The notes under the pieces: model-generated
Seen by the model: only the letters and a program-made list of their open reading frames with translations
Database searches by the model: none
What the model was told of the DNA's origin: nothing
DNA from: a virus
Taxonomy: Duplodnaviria; Caudoviricetes
IMG/VR virus record: IMGVR_UViG_3300001598_000040
Location: 1-64,000 of that record
Direction: 5' to 3' (one strand)
Length of the DNA: 64,000 nt
Part shown: piece by piece, positions 47,591 through 56,646 of the stretch
Layout of the letters: each line of letters opens with the position of its first letter
Numbering within the stretch: position 1 is the first letter of the stretch
Translations under genes and position numbers: made by a program

Positions 47591-48367
47591 TTATTCTCCT
47601 GTATTTACAATGTTTTGTATAACATTTCTCTTTTCCGCAAAATCCATTCCATAGCCAAACATACACTGTTTCTTTCCTAGATCTTCATTTTCAATAGTAT
47701 AAACAGTAAAACCTTTTTGATGTTCAGAATGGATAGATTCATAAGGATGTTCTGTTTCTCTCAGTAATTCACACACCTCGCCGCAGCTCTTTCCTTCAAT
47801 AGCTTTATTACCTATATAATATTGTCCCATAGATAAAATGCTATTTCTGACGCAATCCTGTTGACGCCAAATAAAATAATTGCATACCTCTTCTTTAGGT
47901 AAAACAAAAACTCTAGCATCAAAAATTGGATTTGACTCTACTTTTTTCATTAGTGTGTTATAATATCTCTCATCTTCAGGATGTTCCATTTTGTAAAATT
48001 TTACTTGCTCAGTAAACTTTTTATAAAATGTGATGGTAGTTAAACTTGCGGCAATGCTGACGAGCTTTTGAATGGTATTTTTAAACCACGGATCTGTGTT
48101 TAGATGCTCATAGTTAATTAGTAATAGTGATATTTCATCACTTTGAGTATAAGCTAAACGGCAGCCCGCAATTTGAGTAAGTAGTTCATATGCGGTCTCA
48201 TGCATTGCTGTTAAGAATAAGTCATCAAATGGTTTCTTTAAGTCGCGTGTAAAAGTGTGGAATGCTTTTCCATCAATTCTAATAATTACAGGTAATCTTT
48301 TAGTTAAATTGCTCTGTGATGCACGCTCATATTCTTTCATTCTATTTCCTAAACTTGTTCTATCCAT
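47591..48367 (-). CDS. tRNA(His) guanylyltransferase Thg1-like 3'-5' polymerase
   Basis: RMKEYE, RIDGKAFHTFT, YTQSDEISL, FDARVF, YFIWRQQDC.RNSI. Confidence 0.93.
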   Translation of the reverse strand: MDRTSLGNRMKEYERASQSNLTKRLPVIIRIDGKAFHTFTRDLKKPFDDLFLTAMHETAYELLTQIAGCRLAYTQSDEISLLLINYEHLNTDPWFKNTIQKLVSIAASLTTITFYKKFTEQVKFYKMEHPEDERYYNTLMKKVESNPIFDARVFVLPKEEVCNYFIWRQQDCVRNSILSMGQYYIGNKAIEGKSCGEVCELLRETEHPYESIHSEHQKGFTVYTIENEDLGKKQCMFGYGMDFAEKRNVIQNIVNTGE

Positions 48368-48432
48368 ATCAATACCATTCCTTTCATATTTTCTATATAT
48401 ATTATATACTATTTTTTTATAAAAAACAAAAA

Positions 48433-48453
48433 AGACTCTCGTAATGAGAGTCT
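48433..48453. terminator. Terminator fused to a promoter
   Basis: AGACTCTC-GTAAT-GAGAGTCT; minus-strand U-tract continues into TTGTTT-17 bp-TATAAT. Confidence 0.75.
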
Positions 48454-48458
48454 ACTAA

Positions 48459-48983
48459 TCACTTGTCCGCAATTCTTTCAGTCCAATAGTTTATTTTACA
48501 ATTCTTACAATTATTATCACATTGTTCTTCTAGTTCAGGAGTTAAAACGCAAGGAAGAATATTAATGATATTATTACTATCCATTTCAACTGTTGGATAT
48601 AATTTAAGAAATTCTTCTTGTCTTGTTGTACCGTGCGTGTTTAACCAGTCGAATACTATATTATACGCTTCTTTGTTGTCATTACATATCATTCTGCCGC
48701 ATTCCTCTATCTCAAAGTCATTCCGTAGTTCAAAGAATTCGCATTCATCACAACTTTTATGAGAATTGCAGAATTTTACATAATCCTTCAATGTAATCTT
48801 ATATTCTCCTCTTTTAGGCTCACCTAACCAATATTCTTTTTTACAATCAGAACATTCTTGATTGCAGACTGAACTATAGTGTCCATAATTTTTATCTATA
48901 TTACAAGGATCAATTTCTAATATTCCAGATCTATCAACATAAGCATCTGGATATTGTTCTAAAAATATTTGCTGTCTCGTCAT
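48459..48983 (-). CDS. Cys-rich protein with two TRQ..FL..YP...I.PC...C..C..YW repeats
   Basis: Internal duplication; a third copy lies in 59546-59899. Confidence 0.65.
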   Translation of the reverse strand: MTRQQIFLEQYPDAYVDRSGILEIDPCNIDKNYGHYSSVCNQECSDCKKEYWLGEPKRGEYKITLKDYVKFCNSHKSCDECEFFELRNDFEIEECGRMICNDNKEAYNIVFDWLNTHGTTRQEEFLKLYPTVEMDSNNIINILPCVLTPELEEQCDNNCKNCKINYWTERIADK

Positions 48984-49381
48984 TATTTTCCCCTCTTTTC
49001 TTTATATGTTATTGTTTCTTTTTTACCTTTCTCTACTTCAATGTTTAATACTGCGTCTCTAATCCATAGGTCTTTGTTATATAGAATATCCTCGAACCAT
49101 TTTTTAACTGCGGATATGTCACAGTAATCCCGCAGATCACCAAATATAGTAACTGTATATCTTATTAAATCACTTTTATCAGGATTGAGATAGATGAAAT
49201 AGTCTATTCCTCCCTCTGAACCTGTTGGTGTAAATCTTTCTGGGTATTCATCTTGTTCTTTCCATACTTTAACATCACTATCATTGTATAAAACTTTACC
49301 TATCTTTTCTTCAAGATCTATATCATCAGCTCCTGAATGATGTATTCTAATAACTCCTATAATATGTGTCCATTTACTCAT
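48983..49381 (-). CDS. Hypothetical phage protein
   Basis: MS.WTHI.G.IR and P.GSEG motifs. Confidence 0.6.
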   Translation of the reverse strand: MSKWTHIIGVIRIHHSGADDIDLEEKIGKVLYNDSDVKVWKEQDEYPERFTPTGSEGGIDYFIYLNPDKSDLIRYTVTIFGDLRDYCDISAVKKWFEDILYNKDLWIRDAVLNIEVEKGKKETITYKEKRGK

Positions 49382-49990
49382 CCTCTCGTACTCCTTCTTT
49401 TAATATATCTATTAATGCTATAGGTTTATCTGTTTGTTGAAGATGCGGCATGTCGCATATAACCTGAGAGGAAAGATGAGAATAAGAATCTTTCCAACAA
49501 TCTCTATAAAACTAATATCCATCTTTATATATAGGCTCTTGTTTAAAAACATAAATATTATTTTGGATATCTTTAGTCACATAATTAAAACCAATAGCAT
49601 AATAATACTCCGCCATTTTAATTTCGATATCATTCCATTTCATTATCTTGCGAATAAGTAATGGTTTACATAGTAGACTACCTAATGATAAAAGCGGTGA
49701 AACTTTCCATTCTCCATACTTTGATTGTCTATATAATATAAGATTTTTATCTATCTTATATTTAGGTGGATTATCATTAAGCCAATAAAATTCTTCTTCT
49801 GGTTGTACATTTAAAATACTAAATATATCTTGTACTATATTACCTTTTTTGTTAATACTTTGAAATAACCTTCATTGCCATTTATATCTCTTCCATACAT
49901 CGGCATAAGTTTCCATCCATCTTGCGTTTTCTTTTCGTAATCTTTATCACTTTTTGCTACTGTATATTGATTATATTCATAATATTCCAT
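49374..49990 (-). pseudogene. Interrupted gene: A-AAA-AAG slippery site at 49850-49844 and in-frame TAG at 49514-49512
   Basis: 51-aa 0-frame ORF; the -1 frame is open for 111 codons and continues after one TAG to 49374. Confidence 0.5.
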
Positions 49991-50169
49991 ATTTTTATTT
50001 TTCTTTCTATTTAAAATATTTTATTCCTATTATAACAATACCTGTTACTCCAGCAATAATTCCTACTATTGATACTCCAAATAACATTTTTATCATCCCT
50101 TTTCTTATATATATTATATAATAATTTTTTATATAAAACAAAAAACCTTCCTATACGGAAGGTTAAATC

Positions 50170-50568
50170 TTATAGAAACAAAGTCATAATTCTTAGAGTA
50201 AACAAAATTTGAATAATATGAAGACATTGGTCTTGAATTAAATTAATCTTATATTTATTACATTTCAAATCGTCAATGTATGCGTGGACGCCGCAGTTGA
50301 AGATAATAAGAATAATTGAATAGATAACTGCGGGTTGAGTGAGTGCTCCAAAGAAAAATAGATATATAAATACTGGAATATGTATCATAATGCTCCAAGA
50401 TAGACTATGACACAGCAGCGCCGCAATCCAGTCATTCTTGTATTTTTCATTATATTCTTTTTGTTCTCTCCACCACTGTTTTTGCTTAAGAGATGCTAAA
50501 ATTCCTTGTCTTCCATAGTCGTCCCAGATGTGAAAAAATAACATTGCGAGAAATAGCATATATATCAA
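50170..50568 (-). CDS. DUF3307-like membrane protein
   Basis: H..DDY..QG.LA..K, L.CH...W, H..ID..K, DQ.LH. Confidence 0.75.
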   Translation of the reverse strand: MIYMLFLAMLFFHIWDDYGRQGILASLKQKQWWREQKEYNEKYKNDWIAALLCHSLSWSIMIHIPVFIYLFFFGALTQPAVIYSIILIIFNCGVHAYIDDLKCNKYKINLIQDQCLHIIQILFTLRIMTLFL

Positions 50569-50621
50569 TCCTTTCTTATTTATATATATATTATATAATA
50601 ATTTTTTATATAAAACGATAT

Positions 50622-50870
50622 AAAAGGGTTAGGCAATCCTTTTAACTCATTCCGCTGCGCTCCATTCGTTAAAAGTCTTGTCTATAGGGTAGGGAAATTG
50701 CTGCGCAATTCCCCTACTATCTTTGAGAAAAAAGAACTAAGGGAAGAGGTAAGAGGGTGGATGAGTTAATCTGCTGCGGCTAGAGGGATACGCATGCGCG
50801 TCTCCCTCTGCCTACGCGTAGTAAATTGTGATAGGTTCTATATAAACTTCTCCTAGCGCTGTCGCGCTGT
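50622..50870. repeat. GC-rich cluster of palindromes
   Basis: Hairpins at 50640-50674, 50689-50717 and 50782-50809; recurring GCTGCG(C) in the loops. Confidence 0.7.
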
Positions 50871-50965
50871 CTTCTTAAATATAATCATTACCACCATATT
50901 TTTTCTTATAATATTCCTCAGTTTCTATAAAATCTGCTATAATTTTATCTACGTTAGGATATATA

Positions 50966-51058
50966 CTATTCCTTATCTTTTTTTAAAACCGATAAAGATA
51001 TTTTCAACCATTTACTTAATTCTTCATTAGACATATATCCCAACTTCAATTCTTGCAT
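50966..51058 (-). pseudogene. Truncated paralogue of the N-terminus of 51156-51896
   Basis: MQELKLGYMSNEELSKWLKISLSVLKKDKE* versus IKFSNLSKWFKVSECTFFKNKEKYL; RBS present. Confidence 0.55.
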
Positions 51059-51155
51059 TTTTTTATCCTTTCTTTTACCTCTAAGGCTCTATTAATTTAT
51101 TTCGGAATTATTATAATTTCCCGAAGGTTTTCCAATAAGAAAGAGAAGAAAAATA

Positions 51156-51896
51156 TTATAAAGTATATTCATTATTTTCTCTCTCCCAGTTATGCGCGAC
51201 GGGGATTCTTCCTACATCATCGCAGTTGCAATATTGTATCAATTTCTCTTTCAATTTATAATATAAATCTAAAAATATTTGTTTTGAACATTCTGCAAAT
51301 TCATCTTCATTAATATCCCCAGATTCATATTCTTCTATGGCATTTAACATTTCTTCGCTTTCATTATATAATTCAATCCATAATTTTTTCTTTTCTTTTT
51401 GTTCCTCTAGCGTTAAAAATTCCCATCTTATATGTTTATCATAAAATCCTTTGCACCATTCTTTTGTTACATATCCTTTTTCTCCTCCTTCTGCTTTTCT
51501 TTTTACAGTAGGATTATGACCAAATTCTTCCATTTTTTTCATATTAAAATAATTATGTACAGTAGAATATTTAATAGTTAATTCGTCTTTGTGATCTTCA
51601 TATAATCTTTTAGATAATAATGAACTGTTAAATGGCTGTTCTACATTGAAATAATCATAGAAATATTTATCTATAATTTTCTTATTACTATTTTTTACAG
51701 GCACATATTCCTCAATATACACTTTATCTATAAACAGTTTACTTTTTTTATTTTGTTTGATAATGTGATATTCACAATACTGTTTTAGTTCTTCTAAGTA
51801 TTTTTCTTTGTTTTTAAAAAATGTACATTCACTTACTTTGAACCATTTAGAAAGATTAGAGAATTTTATTTCTCCTTCTACTAGTTTATTATTCAT
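51156..51896 (-). CDS. Hypothetical DNA-binding protein next to the probable origin
   Basis: N-terminal HTH-like L.KWF.VS segment; divergent from the initiator-like gene. Confidence 0.55.
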   Translation of the reverse strand: MNNKLVEGEIKFSNLSKWFKVSECTFFKNKEKYLEELKQYCEYHIIKQNKKSKLFIDKVYIEEYVPVKNSNKKIIDKYFYDYFNVEQPFNSSLLSKRLYEDHKDELTIKYSTVHNYFNMKKMEEFGHNPTVKRKAEGGEKGYVTKEWCKGFYDKHIRWEFLTLEEQKEKKKLWIELYNESEEMLNAIEEYESGDINEDEFAECSKQIFLDLYYKLKEKLIQYCNCDDVGRIPVAHNWERENNEYTL

Positions 51897-52120
51897 TATA
51901 ACATTCTCCTATCGTCGCAATTATTCTCTCTATTTTGTTAGATATATATATTATATATCTCATAAAATAGAGAGGATTTTTAATTAATAGAGAGAAAAAG
52001 TTGATTTTCCCCTCTATTATAGATGTTTTTTATTTAATGAAAAATTAATTATTTTGACCAAATTTTCAATTTCAGGATAGAATATAGGAATAAATTGGGA
52101 TATGGATATGTATATAAAAT

Positions 52121-52245
52121 GAGAATATTGATAATGATTGAGAATAGTGAAAATAGTGAAAATATTGAGAGATATTGAAAATATTGAGAATAGTGAAAAT
52201 ATTGAAAATATTGAAAATATTGAAAATATTGAAAATATTGAGAGA
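52121..52245. repeat. Tandem 9-bp repeat array (GAAAATATT and variants, about 13 units)
   Basis: Directly visible in the intergenic gap between divergent genes. Confidence 0.9.
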
Positions 52246-52531
52246 TGGGGGTGCCCAGTCCAATCCTTTATATACCTCAACCTCCCCTTCTCCTCTTTTT
52301 TATACTCGATTCGTATAGATACTCACCATAGGAAAATCCATATTGTCTTATAATAAAAAATATGATATAATTAATATATACTAAAGGAGAATATTACTAT
52401 AAACTAGCAACTTTACTAGTCCAAAGAGAACAGAAAATGATTAAATCAAATGCCCTGGATACTATGTCTATTACTTCAATGATAATGAAGCTGTGCGAGC
52501 GATAATAGAAGAGTTCAAAAATAAATAATCT

Positions 52532-52864
52532 ATGGGAGAATTCAAAATGAAAACAGTAGCAAATCAAAAAATAATAAAAATAGTAAAAGAAAAATGCGGC
52601 GAGGGGAATTTATATACAGCTATTAATTTATACGCCCTGCAAGAGGCTATGCAAAACCTGAAAGGAGAAGCATTGAAACTATGGTTATATTTAGCTAAGA
52701 ATCAAAATAACTACTCTCTAGCTTTAAGCCAAAAGGATGCGGCTGAGTGGGGAATAGGTAAAGATAGTTATTATAGAAGTATATCTAAATTAGAAGAGCT
52801 AGGATATCTTCAAAAAATTGATAATAATAGTAATATATACACATTTTATGAATATAAAGAGTGA
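52532..52864 (+). CDS. Winged-helix replication-initiator-like protein
   Basis: ALKLWLYLAKNQ......LSQ....WGIGKDSYYRSISKLEELGYL; followed by iteron-like repeats. Confidence 0.65.
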   Translation: MGEFKMKTVANQKIIKIVKEKCGEGNLYTAINLYALQEAMQNLKGEALKLWLYLAKNQNNYSLALSQKDAAEWGIGKDSYYRSISKLEELGYLQKIDNNSNIYTFYEYKE

Positions 52865-52909
52865 TATTATCACATTTCGCATGAATTTTATACTGTCATC
52901 AATTGAAGT

Positions 52910-52993
52910 TTCTCAAATTGCGAAAAATTTTTCTCAAATTGCGAAAAATTTTTCTCAAATTGCGAAAAAAAATTCTCAAATTGAGAAAAATTT
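52910..52993. repeat. Four tandem 21-bp iteron-like repeats (TTCTCAAATTGCGAAAAATTT)
   Basis: Copies start at 52910, 52931, 52952 and 52973; each has a near 7-1-7 palindrome. Confidence 0.92.
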
Positions 52994-53347
52994 TTCGCAA
53001 AACCAGTAGAGAAATAATACAATATATTACAAATAATATATAAATATTAAAAAAATATTACAGGCGCCGCTCCCCCCCCATCTCCCCACAGAGTGATAGC
53101 CCCGCAGTTAAGAGTGCGGTTCAGTAAATAGTGGAGTCACTTGCCTGAGGCTACGAAGGCAAGTGAAACGTAACAGAGTACCTTCACACCCTGAACCCGC
53201 TCTTCTTTTTTTTTCTTTTTCTCTGGTCTTGAAAAATTGGCGTTAGCCAATTTTTCGCTGCTTTTCCATAATTTAGGAAAAATGGAAAAATATGGAAGCG
53301 GCTCTAATTGTTTGAAAAAATGCCATAAAGAGGGATATATGGAAGTT

Positions 53348-53382
53348 CGTTTATTGCCGCAAAATCCTGCGGCAACAAACCG
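53348..53382. repeat. Conserved intergenic hairpin element, copy 1
   Basis: GGAAGTT-CGTTTATTGCCGCA-AAATCC-TGCGGCAACAAACCG. Confidence 0.7.
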
Positions 53383-53513
53383 ATCGTTAGGTAGGGGATG
53401 AGAGGGAGTACTGATAAATGGCTTAGGTATGCGGGTTTATGGGAAACACGGGTTTTAGAGCAAAGGGACGAGAATGCGGAAAAAGTTTCTATATATGGAT
53501 AATTTTGGAAGTT

Positions 53514-53548
53514 CGGTTTGAGGCTAGCTTCGCGCCGCCCTCAAACCG
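53514..53548. repeat. Conserved intergenic hairpin element, copy 2
   Basis: GGAAGTT-CGGTTTGAGG...CCTCAAACCG-CT. Confidence 0.8.
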
Positions 53549-53610
53549 CTCAAGCCTTTTGTGCAATTTGCACAAAAAAAGATATGGGAATAATTCCCAT
53601 ATCAGTTACT

Positions 53611-53916
53611 TTATTCCCTTTTACTTATATCAATTATAAAATCATCGGGATTGACAAAAATTTGAGTAATTGTAATATTTTCATCATATTCAAATTCTTC
53701 TATTGTGAGTGCTTTGCTAAAATTCGTTATAGTATATATTATTTCTGCGTGTTGACCACCATTTGGAAAACAGATAATATAACCGTTCATTTCTTCTCTA
53801 TCACTCGATAGAAGATAAAAATTTCCCTCATCATCTATAAATCCACTACTTTCTAATAAATCAAATTTTTTGTTCAGTTTTATATCTGTCATATTAACTT
53901 TTATCATATATAACAA
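53611..53916 (-). CDS. Hypothetical early protein
   Basis: RBS GGAG; followed by terminator 53581-53603. Confidence 0.55.
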   Translation of the reverse strand: MLYMIKVNMTDIKLNKKFDLLESSGFIDDEGNFYLLSSDREEMNGYIICFPNGGQHAEIIYTITNFSKALTIEEFEYDENITITQIFVNPDDFIIDISKRE

Positions 53917-53955
53917 CTCCTTTTTTTCTCAAGGGGAGTATATACTCCCTTTCCG

Positions 53956-54366
53956 CTATTTACTATCATTCCGTCTAAACTTTAAATCTATTGAATACTT
54001 TTTACCTTTATATTCAAAATTTATCTGTTTCTGCGGGTTGATAATTTCAACATTGTCAGTATTCATTAAATCATTTTTTAGTGCGGTTGATATAAAATCA
54101 ATTAATTCAATTTTATTACTATCAATTTTTTGTGTGCGTGTTGCCTTTCGTCCGTACCCATTAACAACAGTTACAACCTTTGCACAATTCTTTAAGTTTT
54201 TAATAGCTTTTTTCTGCTCTGCGGTTAAATCGTCTTCAGCTTGCTTAGTAGTCATTTTATCAACTTTTTTATCATATTCAATGATGTCTAAAGCTTCTTG
54301 CTCTGTGCAACCTAATCTTTCAATTAGGTTGCACACTTGGTTGTTTTGATTATTCATCAACTTCAA
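53956..54366 (-). CDS. Hypothetical early protein
   Basis: LGCTEQEALDIIEYDKKVD; operon-packed. Confidence 0.65.
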   Translation of the reverse strand: MKLMNNQNNQVCNLIERLGCTEQEALDIIEYDKKVDKMTTKQAEDDLTAEQKKAIKNLKNCAKVVTVVNGYGRKATRTQKIDSNKIELIDFISTALKNDLMNTDNVEIINPQKQINFEYKGKKYSIDLKFRRNDSK

Positions 54367-54736
54367 CCTCTGTGGTATCTTCTACCACAAGGCTATAAAC
54401 CGATGACTTTTTGTCTTTAGTATTCTTTACTTTACCTTGTGCCACAAGCTCCGTCAATCTCGGTGTTAACTTTGATGTTGTATACTCATAACCTAAAGCT
54501 TTAACAATATCAGTAACTTTATAAAGCATATTTTCTTCCATAACCGATAGAATTTCATTCTCAATGCTGATAAACTCTTCATTCGTCTTTTTAGCTTTGC
54601 TACCTGACTTTTTAGTTAACAACTCAATTTCGTGATTTGCAAAATCAATAAGCTCTGTTGCAGAATTGTCTTCAACATTTTCTAATACTTCAATAATTGC
54701 CTTGTACATTTCTTTCTTTGTTCTTGAAAATTCCAT
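54350..54736 (-). CDS. Winged-helix protein, paralogue of 45875-46261
   Basis: ELIDFANHEIELL.KK; TDIVKAL....TSKLTPRLTELV.QG.V......SVYSL. Confidence 0.7.
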   Translation of the reverse strand: MEFSRTKKEMYKAIIEVLENVEDNSATELIDFANHEIELLTKKSGSKAKKTNEEFISIENEILSVMEENMLYKVTDIVKALGYEYTTSKLTPRLTELVAQGKVKNTKDKKSSVYSLVVEDTTEVEVDE

Positions 54737-54867
54737 AATTTTACCAAACCTTTCTTTTTTTAAAATATTGTTTATTAGTTTCTGTAGGTGTTTTACAAGG
54801 TTTTATTCCTACAACTTGCGGTACGGACACTTTAGTGAAATGAGGTTTTCTCTCATTCACTATAATC

Positions 54868-54896
54868 ATTATATCATACTTTTTTGCAAAAGTCAA
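54868..54896 (-). promoter_or_regulatory. Consensus sigmaA early promoter
   Basis: TTGACT-17 bp-TATAAT. Confidence 0.88.
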
Positions 54897-54905
54897 TATA
54901 CTTTT

Positions 54906-55682
54906 TTAATCTTTGTAGATATTGCCTAAAAGTTTAAACGGGAAAAAGATATTTTGTATATTTTTTATATTACCCTTTTTTTCTAATACTTTAGTTAAAA
55001 TTTGGGCTTCAATTTGAGCATCACTTAATGCGGTATGGTCTTCTATAAATTCATTATCTTTAAATAAGTATCTATATACAATTTCCGCCCCTGTTCTATA
55101 ATTACCAGCTTCTGAAACATACTCATTATCAACACAAAATTGTTTATATCTGTCATTGTTAATAAGATATTTACAACATAATCCCCACAAATCAATTATA
55201 TCATTTTTCATAGGTTTACCATTTTTCAGTTTATCACCAAAATTTACAGTAACATATGTAACTTTTTCATAATATCTATCTAAGGTATTATTATATAATG
55301 ACTTTATATATTCTGCGGTTTTCTTAATGGCTCGATTATCAAAAGCACTATTGTAAGCTACCATACATTCACACTCTTGCAAATCAGTTTGTATCATATT
55401 CATAATATTATTCCAACTGTCCGCAACTAATTTACCCTCTTGAATGGCTTTTAAATATCCGTCATATTTATCGCTAAAAAATGCTTTACTCATCATAGGT
55501 TTATTGTAAAATATTTCTTGTACAACTCTATTAACCTTTTTATATACCACTCCTTTTTTATCCACTATCACATATCCGATATCATATACCATAGGGAATA
55601 TCATACCATTAGTATCAACTCCCTCTATAAATGGTCTTGTTGTTTCTGTATCTAATACCATATACTTTTTAATTTTTCCCAA
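54906..55682 (-). CDS. DEDDh 3'-5' exonuclease
   Basis: VLDTET, AYNSAFD, DLW, HTALSDA. Confidence 0.9.
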   Translation of the reverse strand: MGKIKKYMVLDTETTRPFIEGVDTNGMIFPMVYDIGYVIVDKKGVVYKKVNRVVQEIFYNKPMMSKAFFSDKYDGYLKAIQEGKLVADSWNNIMNMIQTDLQECECMVAYNSAFDNRAIKKTAEYIKSLYNNTLDRYYEKVTYVTVNFGDKLKNGKPMKNDIIDLWGLCCKYLINNDRYKQFCVDNEYVSEAGNYRTGAEIVYRYLFKDNEFIEDHTALSDAQIEAQILTKVLEKKGNIKNIQNIFFPFKLLGNIYKD

Positions 55683-55683
55683 A

Positions 55684-56163
55684 TTATACCAACTCCATTC
55701 TATTTTCTGTAATTACATATTTTAATTTATAGCTTTTTAGTATCTCTTTAATTGCGGCTGTTTGGTCTTTAGTTTTGCAATATACAAAGAATACTTTGTT
55801 ATAACTATCAACTATTGATAATTCGCTATAGGATAATTTACTATTATGCAATAAGGCTCTAATATCATTTATGTTTTGCTTTGCGGTAAATTCAATTTTC
55901 CATAGTTTAGTTTTTTGTTTTTTTTCTTCAAATAACTTTACTATAAACACTCCTATAACATTACAAATGAATGTTATTAAACATTTTTCCCATAGGGGAA
56001 ATTCTGCTACAGTATAAATTAACATCACATTATAAAAAGCAAAATATCCACCACTCAATAAACTTGCTAAACCTTTTCCGCCTTTAACAGTTAAAATTGT
56101 TCTAACTGTAGAAAACACCACATTAACAATGCTTAAAGCGGTAAAAAATAATAAAAATTTCAT
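55684..56163 (-). CDS. Membrane protein, DUF5698/DUF2179 (UPF0316-like)
   Basis: Three TM helices, NV.FSTVRTIL.VKG....AS motif, soluble C-terminal domain. Confidence 0.7.
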   Translation of the reverse strand: MKFLLFFTALSIVNVVFSTVRTILTVKGGKGLASLLSGGYFAFYNVMLIYTVAEFPLWEKCLITFICNVIGVFIVKLFEEKKQKTKLWKIEFTAKQNINDIRALLHNSKLSYSELSIVDSYNKVFFVYCKTKDQTAAIKEILKSYKLKYVITENRMELV

Positions 56164-56275
56164 ATATCCAACTCCTATATTTATATTACAGATGTTTTAC
56201 AAGATTTAATTTCTGCAACTTGCTTGACTAACACATATTATATAGGTAACTCCTTTCCTTTACCTTACATATATT

Positions 56276-56304
56276 ATTATAGCACATAATAGGCAAAAAG
56301 TCAA
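56276..56304 (-). promoter_or_regulatory. Consensus sigmaA early promoter
   Basis: TTGACT-17 bp-TATAAT. Confidence 0.88.
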
Positions 56305-56570
56305 TACTTTTTTATAAAATTTTTAAAATTTAAACATTTTATCTAATAGAAATGAAATAAATATCATCTCTTTAGTATAAATTGCACAATAAATTAACTA
56401 CAATTGTAAATAAAGCAAAGAATTTATGCAATACAGAGAAATTTTAAGCGGTTTTCACAGTGGTATTGTGCATATTGCACAACACTTCCGCATTTTTGGG
56501 AGATATGTAAAAATATGGAAATGGTGTCAAAATATGGAAATTTTTCCTTATATAAGTAAAAATGTAAACT

Positions 56571-56606
56571 CGTTTCAAAGACTAAATCTCCGGCGTCTTT
56601 GAAACG
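56571..56606. repeat. Conserved intergenic hairpin element, copy 3
   Basis: AAACT-CGTTTCAAAGAC-12 nt-GTCTTTGAAACG-CT. Confidence 0.85.
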
Positions 56607-56646
56607 CTCAAATAAAAAGAGAGGTGGGGAATACTCCCCACACTCA

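Noticed and set aside
52017-52353. ORFs 52017-52280, 52072-52263 and 52138-52353 (IENIEN / FSIFSI / NIFNIF)
   Set aside because: They are translations of the 9-bp repeat, lack an RBS and are open on both strands
52121-52993. CRISPR array at the 9-bp or 21-bp repeats
   Set aside because: The repeats are directly tandem with no unique spacers, and no cas genes are present
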